Shown here: positions 1 through 12,441 of the stretch, piece after piece | How positions within the stretch are numbered: the first letter of the stretch is position 1 | Layout of the letters: the number at the start of each line of letters is the position of its first letter | Assembly (NCBI RefSeq): GCF_052425735.1 | Contig: NC_135761.1 | Span: 47,368,001 to 47,432,000, forward strand | DNA from: Oculina patagonica | Taxonomy: Eukaryota | Direction: 5' to 3' | Length of the DNA stretch: 64,000 bases | Notes under the pieces: model-generated | The model's database searches: none | Told to the model about the DNA's origin: nothing | The model's input: the letters and a program-made list of their open reading frames with translations, nothing else | Program-made: the position numbers and the translations under genes

Positions 1-527
1 TATTTTTCTCTCTTCTAAGGGGACTGGATCGGAGTTACTTCAGTAGGAAAACGTCAGTGATTTTGAAAGCCTCCGTTTTCGACGTCCACATTAAAACGAA
101 AGGCATTGACGAAAACACATCAAGGGAAGGTAATAGGTTTCCATTTGTGATGTGTTTTAAAGTTTTTGCTTTTGTGTATGTAAAGGCCAATTATGATGAT
201 ATCTGCGAAGAAGTATACAAATATTTGGTTCTAAGAAACAGTGTCGAGTCAGCAATTTGTTTCATATGAAACCTTGACTGGTTCCAATGCACGCTGCCAA
301 AATCTGCTTTAATACTAATAAACCGTGTGGAATATTCACCGCCTAGCACGGTGGATATAGTGTCATAAACCGAACTTCTCGACCAATCAGAATGCTGCGA
401 TTCTTATAATCACCTCTGAAATTATACTATCATATCATATCATATCATATCATGTCTTAATAAAAACTAGCAATGGTATAGTGCAGTTTCTGCGTTTTGA
501 TTGGTTGACAGCAAATGGTATATTTAG

Positions 528-1034
528 TAAATAAACCCCTTCAGGCGGCTGGTATATTAGAGGAAAATGCCCGAGGCTGAAAGATTGTTGAAAAATGAAC
601 AGTTGGCCGAGAAGCGAAGCTTCGAGGGTAACTGTGAAATTTTGAGGGCAATCTTTCAGCCAAGAACATTATCCTTTAATATACCGGCAAGCCAGAAAGG
701 GGTTTATTTATTTTATAACCCTCTGATGAATTTCTACAACGCGATTTATCGCCAGTAAATTTATAGGAAAAAACCTACGTAATAAACCCAACTTACATTG
801 TTTCAACCGCAGTTACGCCGATTGGTTTACGTGATTTTTTAACTCTGTGATTTCATTAAAAGTTAAAATTTGAATTAGGTGAATTCATTTCGTTTGTTTT
901 GTGCTTACCCACAAAATCGGGCGACGGATATCAAATCGGACGGGGTATATTCGCTGATACCCGTCGTCCGATTTTGTACCACGTGATGCGTTTTGTCCAA
1001 TGAGCGCGCACAAAAATTAATGGGTGGGTTATAA
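528..1034. mobile_element. Non-coding A..A'B..B' inverted-repeat element (tyrosine-recombinase/Crypton-like?)
   Basis: ~70-bp imperfect arms at 528-596 and 640-710, then a second pair TTATAACCC (713) and GGGTTATAA (ending 1034). Confidence 0.6.
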
Positions 1035-1051
1035 GGCGTAATATTCACCGC

Positions 1052-1207
1052 GCTAGGCGGTGAATATAGCATCTCAAGGTTTGGCTACTAAGCCATGCCA
1101 CGTTTGCCATCCAGGCGAGTGAACATGGCGCGCTAGGCGGTGAATAAATCTCAAGGTTTGGCTAATAAGCCATGCCACGTTTGCCATCCAGGCGAGTGAA
1201 CATGGCG
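1052..1207. repeat. Tandem duplication of a ~78-bp unit
   Basis: CGCTAGGCGGTGAATA..ATCTCAAGGTTTGGCTA.TAAGCCATGCCACGTTTGCCATCCAGGCGAGTGAACATGGCG occurs twice. Confidence 0.85.
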
Positions 1208-1474
1208 GCATTTGCTGAATGAAAATTTCTCTAATTGAAAAGAAATCACTCCAAGTCCTGGATATTTGAAACATTGGTGATTTTGCAAATAAACTACCAA
1301 GGCTTTTGGACCGTAAATATTTTAAAAAGATGGTTTTCAAGGCATTAGAATTGATCGTAAACATGGCGGTGTTGGAGATCGCACGCGGCCATGTACTCAG
1401 TCAGATCGACTGGCAAAACATTATTTAGTTCTCTTCAAACTGGAGCTAGTAATTTCGAGAGGATACACACAATT

Positions 1475-1847
1475 AATGATAATGATAATGAATTTATATA
1501 GCGCATTTTTCATATATATATGTTCAAATGCGCTGTACACATACTGTAATTTACTGAACAAGGCCAGACCACAACACCGGGAGCTTCGTGCCCTACTCTT
1601 TGCGAATAGTGTGTGGGTTCTTTAACGTCCCCTGTGATAAGACTGAAGATACAGGAGACGGGACCTACGGTTTATCGTCCTTTTCCGAGAAGACTAGAAT
1701 GTCTAACCATTTGCAGATGTAATTACAAAGGCAGCACATTCTCCTCAGATATTTTAAGACCCTGAGTGTTGGTCCGGTCTGGGGTTCGAACCCACGACCT
1801 CCCGCACAGCAGTCCGGCGCTTTACCAACTGAGCTAACCAGGCGGCG
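1475..1847 (-). mobile_element. tRNA-derived SINE with LINE-like 3' tail
   Basis: On the minus strand: head TAGCTCAGTTGG...GGTTCGAACC, a central body, a GCGCATTT..AAATGCGC stem-loop and a (CATTAT) tail. Confidence 0.85.
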
Positions 1848-2538
1848 GACCAGAAGTCACCAACGATTAAACAAAGGTACCAGATATCTATCTTTTTCGT
1901 TTGTTTTTTTCCGTTTTATTGCTAAAACTTGAGTGTAAATTACGATTTCAATCGATGAATTTATCTGGTTTACACGTATGCAACCGAGCACTGGTGTTTT
2001 TTTTTATATATATTTTTGATATTCAACTTTGAAAATTATATTAAAACAATTGTTCGCCTCAGGCTCAGTGATTATTGTTAATTATTAAATTCTCAACCTC
2101 GGATATTGCATTTCTTGCTTTCTGATTGGTTCACTGAATCCCGGTTATCAGCTCGTATACCTTTGTTTGACCTTATATTGGAAATGAGTGCGGCAAGTGC
2201 CGCTCAGCGTAAAATTTTTCTACGGAAAGCGACAGTTCCATCGGAAAAATGGTTGAAAACAACACATTTGGCGAGCTTTGTGAACAAGAAATAATCAGCG
2301 GTGCCTACAAAAACCACAGATCTTGGTCTCGCCATGGGTATTTTGGCGAGAAATACGAACCATGGCTGGACCAAACTCGCCTGATATGCCGCCGAAGCGT
2401 ACTAAAAAGGTACGATTAGGTATAAATATTGCTATTAGTAAAACGTTGAAGACCTAACAAAGTATACACAAAGCGGGATCCAGCTGCAACCTTGTTTTCT
2501 CTCATTTCTCTATTTTTTAATTCATTCATTTAAGTGTT

Positions 2539-2643
2539 GAGTTCCAGTTGGTTAGTAAACCGGAACACTTCATCTGACTGGGTTGATGTAAAACCCTGTT
2601 GTATGTTTACGCCACAAAATGAGTCGATTTTCGTGAGGTAAGT
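2539..2643 (+). promoter_or_regulatory. Putative promoter block and non-coding first exon of copy A
   Basis: The 29-mer GAGTTCCAGTTGGTTAGTAAACCGGAACA (2539-2567) is identical upstream of copies A, B and C. It is followed by a donor GAG|GTAAGT at 2637/2638. The matching acceptor CAG|GTTTC is at 4737/4738, 30 nt before the ATG. Confidence 0.6.
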
Positions 2644-2915
2644 GATTTGTAGCTGATCTGATATCAATGTTCCATTGCTGTGTTGTTGAGTCGCAAGTTG
2701 GTGCAACTGTAGTCTGAGTGAGTAGAGAAGCGACAACAACACTTACTATATTCAAATGTCTGTTGCTCAATCTATTGTATCATATGTAGTTGTTTGTATT
2801 ATCGAACTGACTGATGTCCGTTATAGTAGAGTATCGATGAAGTAATATATAACATCCCGACAGTTTCATCTATGACATCATATGACATCATGATTAACAC
2901 CTCGATTTGTAGCAA

Positions 2916-3860
2916 TGACATGTTCGGTCGAACCAAACTTCAAAATTGAAAGTCACTCACTCGCTGGGCTAAGTTTTACACGGTTGAAATGAGCAGTTTA
3001 ATACTTGTGGTTTAATGCTTTGAGTCACGTTTATATTGTTAAACTATTTTTAATTATACAGCCGCTTTCAATATGTTTTAGCTTTTATGTTTATGTTGCA
3101 TTGGTTTAGCTCAGAACGTCCAGAACCGACTGTGCAGACTGCAATAACGTTCATTAAAAATTCGTATTAATTAAAATATGCAGTATTGGTCTTCCGTCAG
3201 TCTTAAAAATTAACATATGGCCTCCGGGAAATATCTCGTGTTTAAAGACATTTCCCATCGTTTTATTTTGGTGTTTATATTGTTTCGTTGAGATAATGGA
3301 CAATTAGTGTTTTCCTATTGCAATCCGTTGATTATAATAATAATAATAATAATAACAACTTTATTTAAATTGATTGACATTGATTTCGTCCGTAGATGGT
3401 TATGATTGACATGTTATATGACATGTACATGTTCGATCGAACCAAAATTCAAAATTGAAAGACACTCGCAATTGCAGCTGGGCTAAATTTTACACGGTTG
3501 AAATGAGCAGTTCAATACTTGTGGTTTAATCTTTGAGTCACACATTTATATTGTTAGACTATTTTTAACTATACAGCCGCTTTGAACGTGTTTAAACTTT
3601 AATGTTTATGTTGCATTAATTTAGCTCAGAACGTCAAGAACCGATTGTGCAGACTGCAATAACGTTCATTAAAAATTCTTATTACTTAGGCGGCATCAGC
3701 CGAGTCTTTAGCCAGTGTTAGAAATTAACAGATCGCCTCAGGGATATTATTTGTGTTTGAAGACATTTCTCGTCGTTTTACTTTGGTGTTTCGTGGAGAT
3801 AATTGACAATTATTGTTTTCCTATTTAAATCCATTGATTGACACTGATTTCGTCAGTAGA
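2916..3860. repeat. Diverged local duplication (~430-bp unit) in the leader intron of copy A
   Basis: 2916-3330 resembles 3429-3845; it is single-copy in copy B (33340-33710). Confidence 0.8.
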
Positions 3861-4767
3861 CAGTTATGATTGACATGTTAGCCTTTGCAACATTAACCTT
3901 GTTGTCAGCCTGTTCCAGGCGTTCTGTTAGTTGGAGCAGCACAAAAAATGGGATTAGCGGGGGCGGCGATTCGCTAGGAGCCTGGGGCGAGGGAGCAAAT
4001 GAATGCCTGTGAACATTCGCAACTAAAGCTCGATTCCTTTCGCGAAGAACAGAAAGATTCCTGACAGATGTTATTACTGGAAACATCCCACTGGCTCGAA
4101 AAGAACGTGATTGTCTTTTTACGAATAATGCACGCGATAAACGGAAAAGATGATCGATTATCCTAGTGCAGTTCTTTATGAGAGAACTGGAGTAAGACGA
4201 CACATGTTAGCTTTCAGCCAAGCGTGGTGTTACTATAAATGCAAGGCATTCACATCCTTTGTGGAATATTTCAGATCTTAATTAGAGAAAAGCAGTTTCT
4301 TGCGATAGAAATAGGCCAAGGGAGACTACAAAAACATATCGCAAATTATAAAGATTTTGAACTTAACTAGACAAAAGGCTGGACAGGCAGAAAGTAACGC
4401 GCGCAATAAATCCGCCATCTTAAACTTATAGAACTTGACCACATTCGAATTGTTCTATTTAGAACTAATTCTAATAATACAGCAAAATGTGTCCTTTAGA
4501 ATCATGTGTGCAGCAGAGTCATTTAATTTTATTGAGAAATGTACATACTTGTGTTACGAACTCGTGTAGACCTGAAGTTCATGTTATGGGGTCGCTGCAA
4601 AAAAAGTGGGCAGACTGGGTTTCCTAAAAAGTAAAGAAAACCTCATAACGAGGTTGTTTGGACACACTCTGTTCACCTCGTTGTAATGTTGATTGTCTTT
4701 TTTTCCCATTTTTTTCATTAAATGAAAAATAAAACAGGTTTCTGCAGTAGGCCAGTGAGAGTGAGTG

Positions 4768-7700
4768 ATGGAAGATGCTCTGGTTCGGAATCCAAAAGAG
4801 AAAGCAAGTTTCCTCTCGCTGTTGACTTTCTCGTGGATAAGCAATGTTCTCAAACTCGGAAGCAAACAACCATTGGACGAGAAACACTTGTTTGTAGTCG
4901 AAACTTCATATCAAACAGAAAGATTGGTCGCTGATTTGGAGAGGGAATGGCTGGCAGAAGAAAGACGGTCTGAACAAAACCGAACAAAGCCTCGCCTGTG
5001 GAAGGCCATGATGAGAGTCATTCCCTGCAGAGATTATATCGCAATGGCGTTCATTAGGTTTGGTTACACGATAGCATTGAATGTTTTTCCTTTGCTCATA
5101 TGGTTCTTCTTGAGAAACATTTCTACAGCTTCAGAGATGAGTTACAAGGAAACACTGCCGTTTGTAATCGGCATTTCTCTGGTCGCCATAGCAAGGTCTC
5201 TAGGCTTAACTCATGGGATGTTTAAGGCGGAAATGATGACGACTAGACTGAAAGCTGCGACGATTGGACTTGTGTACAAAAAGGCAAGTAATGTATCTTA
5301 GTCTTTTAAAGTGTATTACAAATGGAAAAGTATTAATTGCACATATTTGTTCGACATGGATATTTCTAAATTTCTGATATTATTATACCGCGCTTCCCTT
5401 AACCAAATGAATAACGAATGCTTAACCAATCTCGTCTTTCATGGAATAATATCTAGCAGAGTATCTTACTCAAGAATAATGCAGAAGGCTGTTTAGAATT
5501 TTTAGTAAGGGTAAAAATATTTATTTGATTTAAAAATTGTTCATTCGGCGGTTACATGTTGTATGACTAGACCAGGGCGTATGGAGAGAGGGCGTTGAAA
5601 CAAGCGTGGTCGCGCGGGAGAGCCTTGATGCAAGGTCCTGGGCACTAACGGGGGAATTTGGCCGAGGTTTCCCTGCCAAACACTACGGCGGACGGAAGCG
5701 GCGGTTCAAATTTCAGCTTAGCAGGTGATTTAGAAGAAGTTCTAAAGTTTGACGTGACTGATGATTTTGAAGAATTACTTGACGTACAAGAGGAGATTAT
5801 GGAAAGCTCGTCAAATACGGAATTTAACCAAGAGGGGGAGAACTTGAAAATGTATTATGCGAGGATTGCAACAAAAAGCTTCAATATTCCAGAAGAGTAT
5901 GAAATTGCGTCAAGGGTGACGGGGAAAACAGACAGAAACTCGACATCTGTTACTACAGCGGCTATACCCTACATCAAGGGCACTGAGACTATTTCGCGGA
6001 TTCTACAACCCTACTATTTTCGTGTAGCTCACATACCTATAACTACGTTACGACATTTACTAACTAACGTTAAAGACAGGGACGAACCTAACGACAGACA
6101 GCGAGCGATTTATAAGATTAAATGCTACGACTGCCAGGCCTCCTACATCGAAGAGACCTGTAGAAACCTGACCACGAGACTGACTGAATACAAAGGAGCG
6201 ACGAGAAATGGTGATGTCAACAATCACATTTCTGAACACCATCGACTTACTAACCACAAAATCGACTGGGACTCTGCTGAATGTTTAAATTACAGTACTA
6301 ACTATTTTCAACGACTGACTTTGGAAAGCTGGTACACAAACTAAGAACAAACGCCTATAAGCAGATGTCAACAACTACCGGCACCTGACAAACGACTTAT
6401 TTACGACTAAAACAGAACCGACAAACGGACCGCTAACAGAACGACTTAAATTTGACTAACAATAGACGGAACATAACGACTTAATTTGACTAACAATAGT
6501 CGGGTCGAAACTGACCAATTACTGTCGAAAAACTTTAAACGAGTCTTACAGCCAATAACATCACGGCTAAACTGACCAATCAACTTCGACGGACCAGACT
6601 TATAGCATCATCGACTGACAACAACGTTTCACTTGACTCTGACTTCCGCTGAGGTTGTTGAAACGTCAGTCGCCAACAATAGTTCTTCTCAGAACTACTC
6701 TCACCCGGACGATCATACTCTACGACCAACGGATTGTATGTTGTTAAACATCTTTATTCGTTAGAAATAGCTTTAAAATGCTACGAAGAACTAAGAAGAA
6801 ATCTTCTTGACATTTGAGGCTGACTGTCACAACGAAACGTCCCAAGAATGTATATATTATGATTGCGTGCAGGATCTCTAATTTGCATAAAAAAACAGAC
6901 ATTGAATTCCTAGGGTCCCTGACAAGCCTCGCAGCGCACGTTCAAATAGGCCATTTACGATCTATTAATATTCTAACTTGGCTGCGAGGCTTGGGGGAAT
7001 AAAACAAAAGAAATGATTTATTCATTCCTGAACCTCGACGTGATATCTTTTGTTTATTCCCCCAAGCCGCGGACCCAAGTTAGAATTTTAATATATCGGA
7101 AATGGCCTATTTTAGCGATGTGACTGCCATGTTTTGAAACAGCCAATCAAAAAAATTGAAATTACTTGACCAGATCTTGCCTTCCGGTTCGTCCACCCGT
7201 GCGTTCTGGGAACGAGACTGGATGACGATTAGATAGGCCATTTCCGAGTTATCCTTTGCCTCTGTTTCAAAACGAGTCTACTTGCGAAACCATTCAAATG
7301 AAAATGAGTTTGATTTGCATGAAAATGGACTTGTTGGTGACACTTAATAATAAAGCTAAGTTCAAGCCTACTTGACAAATACGGTAGTTTTGGGCCTTAA
7401 CAGGGGCAGTCCTAAGACACCGTGACTTCGACGCTGTTACTGATTTTTTATATAATCTAGGGAGAATCGCCATAGAAATATTTTCTTTTGCCGGCGTGAA
7501 GATAACACTCGACTGGGAAAATCTACGCCCATGTAGTATTTGCAGAAACTTGTCCCGAAACATGCCACTCGCTCCTTGCTCATTTAAATTTTAAGTTTCC
7601 TCTGTGAAGAAATCGATGTGGTCATGGTTGCTAACATGATAAGCCTATAACCGAAGAAATTACTGTGAGGCGTTGTCATATATTGGTCAGCGGTTTTGTA

Positions 7701-10700
7701 CGCATGCTCAATAAAGGGCGGACCCTGTTCGTGTTTGGCCGCCATGTTGAAATGTAGTGTTTTGTGGCGTGTGTTTTTATCTGGCCTAATCAGACCTATT
7801 AGAAGCCATCCAAAGGTTTCTCGATATTTAACACTGGCGACGAGGACGGGATTGACTAACTAACAAAGAATGGCGGCAGTTAACATCAAAATTCAAGGAG
7901 TAGCTTCGTTCGATTGCAAAGGAAATTCGTCTACATTGCGACCACATTGGAAAAAATGGCTTCAATCGTTTCAACACTTTTTTGTGGCCAAAGGAGTGGT
8001 GAACGATGCACAAAAGAAGGCTTTGCTTCTTCACACCGCGGGAATTGAGGCATTTTGTCAAAAAAAGTCGTAGTAAGCCACACTATTTTAGAATCATCCT
8101 CAGTCATAACAAATCAATGAAATGAGATACTGTGAATCCTGAGCTACAAAGCCACAGATGGGAACAGCTCGTAAGTTCATATGGGATTCACTCACGCGCT
8201 CTTCCCATCTGTGGCTTTGTAGCTCAGATGGTAAAGCAGTGGTCATGTAACCCGAAAGTCGTGGGTTCCAGTCCCACCTGAGCCACTGAATTTTTTTCAG
8301 TGCCCAGGTTTTACAGTGTCTCATTTCATTTATTTGTTAAGCCACACTATCTTCACACATTAGAGCCATTTTCTGAATAAAATGAATAAGCGACTTACGG
8401 TAAGCTCTTCGGTTATAGGCTTATCATGTTAGCAACCATGGTCACATCAATTTCTTCACAAGGGAGTTGTGCACGAGGAAGATATGACTTTTAAGTAAAA
8501 AAGAAAATTCTGGAACTTTATCAGCTTTTTATACTGACTTTATTTTCCAGATCCTTAATCTTAATAGATGTACTTTACAAGACACCATTTCAGAAAACAC
8601 CATCAACTTGGTTTCCAACGATGCTCAAGCTATCGAAAAGTTAAGTCTCCCCAGTTTTGTATTTCCATTTGCTCCACTGGACCTCGTTATCTCCATGGCT
8701 CTTCTGTGGTATTTATTAGCATGGCAAGCCTTAATAGGAGCTTCTTTCTTTCTTCTTGTTGTGGTGTATGGATCGTTTGCAGCTCATAAGATTGGGAAGG
8801 TTCGCCACCAATCAGCCGCAGAAACTGACAAACGATTGGAAATGATGAAAGAAGTTATTGCAGGAATCCGCGTAGTTAAAATGTACGCCTGGGAATGGAA
8901 TTTCAGGGATCTGGTTGCACAAATAAGGAAGTTAGTACAAATTTTTTATTTAACTGTTAAGCTACATGGCCGCCTTTTTAATCACCGATCGCGAATAGTA
9001 AACGAGGCCAGGCTACGTCGACACTCTCATGTCGACCGGGAAGAAGCGGCATAATTATTACAAACGGTAAAACAGTCAAAAGGCAACGAGATTCAGTATT
9101 CTTAAGCCGAAAGTCGAAATATAAAATGCTATTCCAAGGACAACGCGCACGCATCTAGCTGTATAATGAGGGCCCATTAGCAAATAGCAATCAACAAACG
9201 AATCAGTAGGATTTACGGATTTCCAAAAGCAAGTTGAAAATGAGCCCCAGTTAGAAAATGGCTACTAAAAGACGTTTGTTCGCTTTAGCAAAAAAGCTCC
9301 TCGTAGAAGAGGGGATACTGCTCAGTGCTACAACACGGACAGGTGTTGAGTAAATTGCACAGCTATCATCATATTTAAACAATGTGAATCCAGTGTTTAG
9401 GATAAGCGTTAAGAAAATCCAGAGCGGCTAGATTGAAATATCCTGCCTAGAAATAGTTTTGAGGTTTTGACGCCATTTTAAGTTCTAAAACCGTATTATC
9501 GATATCGCGTATAAAACCAGCGTGTTTGGGGAGAGGTGAATAGATGTTTTATTTAGAGCTCGATAAGTTAATGAAATGTAACAATTTTTCTTTGAACAGA
9601 AAGGAAATCTCCTTGATTCGCATCCGAGGATTCATGATCTCAAGTATCTACGCCTTGTTCTTCACCAGCTCTGCCATGGCAGGATTCGTTTCAGTCACAA
9701 TAATGCTATTTACAAAGCATTCACTAACGTCGTTTAAAATCTTTACGCTAATTTCTATCTTATCTAACATCAAATTCATCGTCACGATTTTTATAGCAGA
9801 AGCATTATACCATATTGCGGATGCGAGAACTGCATGTAATAGGATGCAACGCTTGATAGAAAAGAAAGCTATCTTAACACGTGAAATGGATCACAAAGAT
9901 AAACTGTATCCTTTAGAAGTTTACTTCAGAGGTAGAAGGTATAAACCACAATTCATTAGGACTCAAAGTTTTAGAAATGGAAGACCAGCCTTGGTTAGTG
10001 CTCGGAAACTTAAACAGACATCTCAGCACATCCAACCACAGGCATTTCTTGAGAACGTTTCATGTTTCTGGAGCCAAATGTCAGAACGTCCTGCGTTACG
10101 GAATGCATCATTGGGTGCTACTAATGGTCAACTTATTGGTATAACAGGGCCAGTTGGAAGCGGCAAAACATCTTTGCTGATGTGTATCTTAGGAGAACTT
10201 CCAATCTCTTCTGGGAAAATCTCTTGTATTGGAAAAATAGCTTATATCTCCCAAACGCCTTGGGTCTATTCTGGCACTGTGCGAGAAAACATAGTTTTTG
10301 GTAACCAGTTTGTTGAACAAAAATACAACAAGGTTATCGAGGTCTGTGACTTGCAGAAAGATATAGAACACTTTACAAAACATGATCTAACGGAGATTGG
10401 ACAACGTGGAGTAATCCTCAGTGGTGGTCAGCGTGCACGAGTGAGTCTGGCACGCGCAATCTACTCAGACGCGGACATCTACCTATTGGATGACCCACTC
10501 AGTGCAGTGGATGCTAAAGTCGGCAAACATTTGTTTGAGAGATGCATCAAAGAGTTCCTAGAGGGGAGGATACGTATCCTGGTCACTCATCAGTTACAGT
10601 TTCTGGAACAAACAGACAGCGTTGTTATGCTACGGAATGGCTCCGTTGTTCGTCAAGGAACGTATAGTCGAATTGAAAAGGACAAGCAAGTGGCTTCTTA

Positions 10701-12376
10701 TTTCCTATCTCAAGCAAAACAAGACCTCAATGGCGAGATTGATAGTAACGAGATTTCTTTATTTTCTACTGAAGACACCTTCAAATCGATGAATGCTGCC
10801 AAAGCAGACCGTGACAGGGTGGATCTGAAAGAAGAAGAAGAGGACAGAATGGTTGGAACTGTCAAGTGGTGGTTGTACTGGAAGTATTTTAAAGCTGCAC
10901 TTCCAACAGTTTTGATAATCGGCCTTATTGTGTTCTTTGCTATTGTTCAGGGTAAGCAATAGTTTAAGTACGGGTATTCCCTGAATTTCGAAGATCCACA
11001 TAAAGTAAACATAAAAGATATTAGTTAATCTATTTACATAGCTCTTTTTAATAGAAGTTAGTATAAGTTCTTTTCTTTTTATCATTACATCATTACATTG
11101 GTTATGAGAAAAGAAAGGACGCCACGTTCTAGTGAAAACATCGTAGAAAACGTACATCAAATTGCAAGGAAGTTTTCTTTAAAGCCAGAAGTCCATTTAT
11201 TTCTTCATGTTTAAGTATATCAAATAAACTGGAATTGCGATTGAAGAGAATAGCTAGAGATATGGCACTAACTACTGGGTTGTCCCGAGGAGACTCGTGG
11301 TGAACCATGCGTTAATACCATTTCCATATCTGATAAATGTACTGTTAGGCAACATGGTTCAATTGGATTCCCCCATAGCTGAGTGGTATCCAGCAGGAAC
11401 CTGGCTTCATTGTTTGTGTTTGATGAATTTGACTTGAGCGCACAAGTCACATTTATAAACTTGTACGGAAATTTAGCCTCTTTTAAGCATCGTTATGTTG
11501 GTAAGAGTCGTCCTAAAATAAAAGGACACGACTTCTTCCGCACAAATCATTTAGTTATTTAAGTGTTGGTGTCGCCAAGTGTTATTAATTCGTAACTTTG
11601 AAGAAAGGACACGACTACTTTCACAGAAAGCCATGCGTTATTGATCTGGTAACCAAATTTAGTGTAAACGTTTGTTTTCTGTTTCAGTGTTCTGGATTGC
11701 GCCCTATTGGTGGCTCTCACGCATCTCTGAAATGCCATTGGAGCAACAGAAGAGCCACAAAACGCTTGTGGTGTACGGATCCATTGTGACTGTCTCCTTA
11801 CTTCTTACGATAATATCCTCCTTCTGTTTCTACCTCGCTGCTTTAAAGGCTTCAGAAAACCTCCATGACCAGATGACAAAAGCTACTTTGAAAGCACCGG
11901 TCCTATTCTTTGATACTAACCCAGTTGGTCGCATCTTAAACCGCTTCTCTAAGGATATCGGGAGTATGGACGATATACTTCCAGGACAGTTCCTTTTTGC
12001 CACGCAATTGTGCCTGTACTTTTTCAGTGCTACCATACTTTCAGCGGTGACAAATGTGTGGCTTTTTATCACTTGTACCCCCTTAATAGTCTTGTTTATT
12101 TACCTCGCTAAATATTATTTGAAATCCGCTCGGGAGATAAGACGACTTGAAGCAATAACGTGCAGTCCAGTGTACTCCCTTATTGCTGATACTGTGGCAG
12201 GACTGGAAGTAATTCGCTCATCAGAGATGGAGGATGATTTCCTTCGGAAATTTTACCAGTAAGTAAACTTATGTTAAAAACATATAATTCGTTGTCGCTG
12301 ACTAAAGAATATATAAGCTTTTGCAACTTTAATTTTAGAGACTTGAAGAAGAGAATGGCTAATAAGGAATATAACC

Positions 12377-12441
<65 letters not shown>

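Noticed and set aside
5658-6344. 228-aa ORF as a novel gene
   Set aside because: Chance in-frame fusion of an acidic repeat-derived segment with a decayed Penelope GIY-YIG fragment; it starts at TTG, not ATG.
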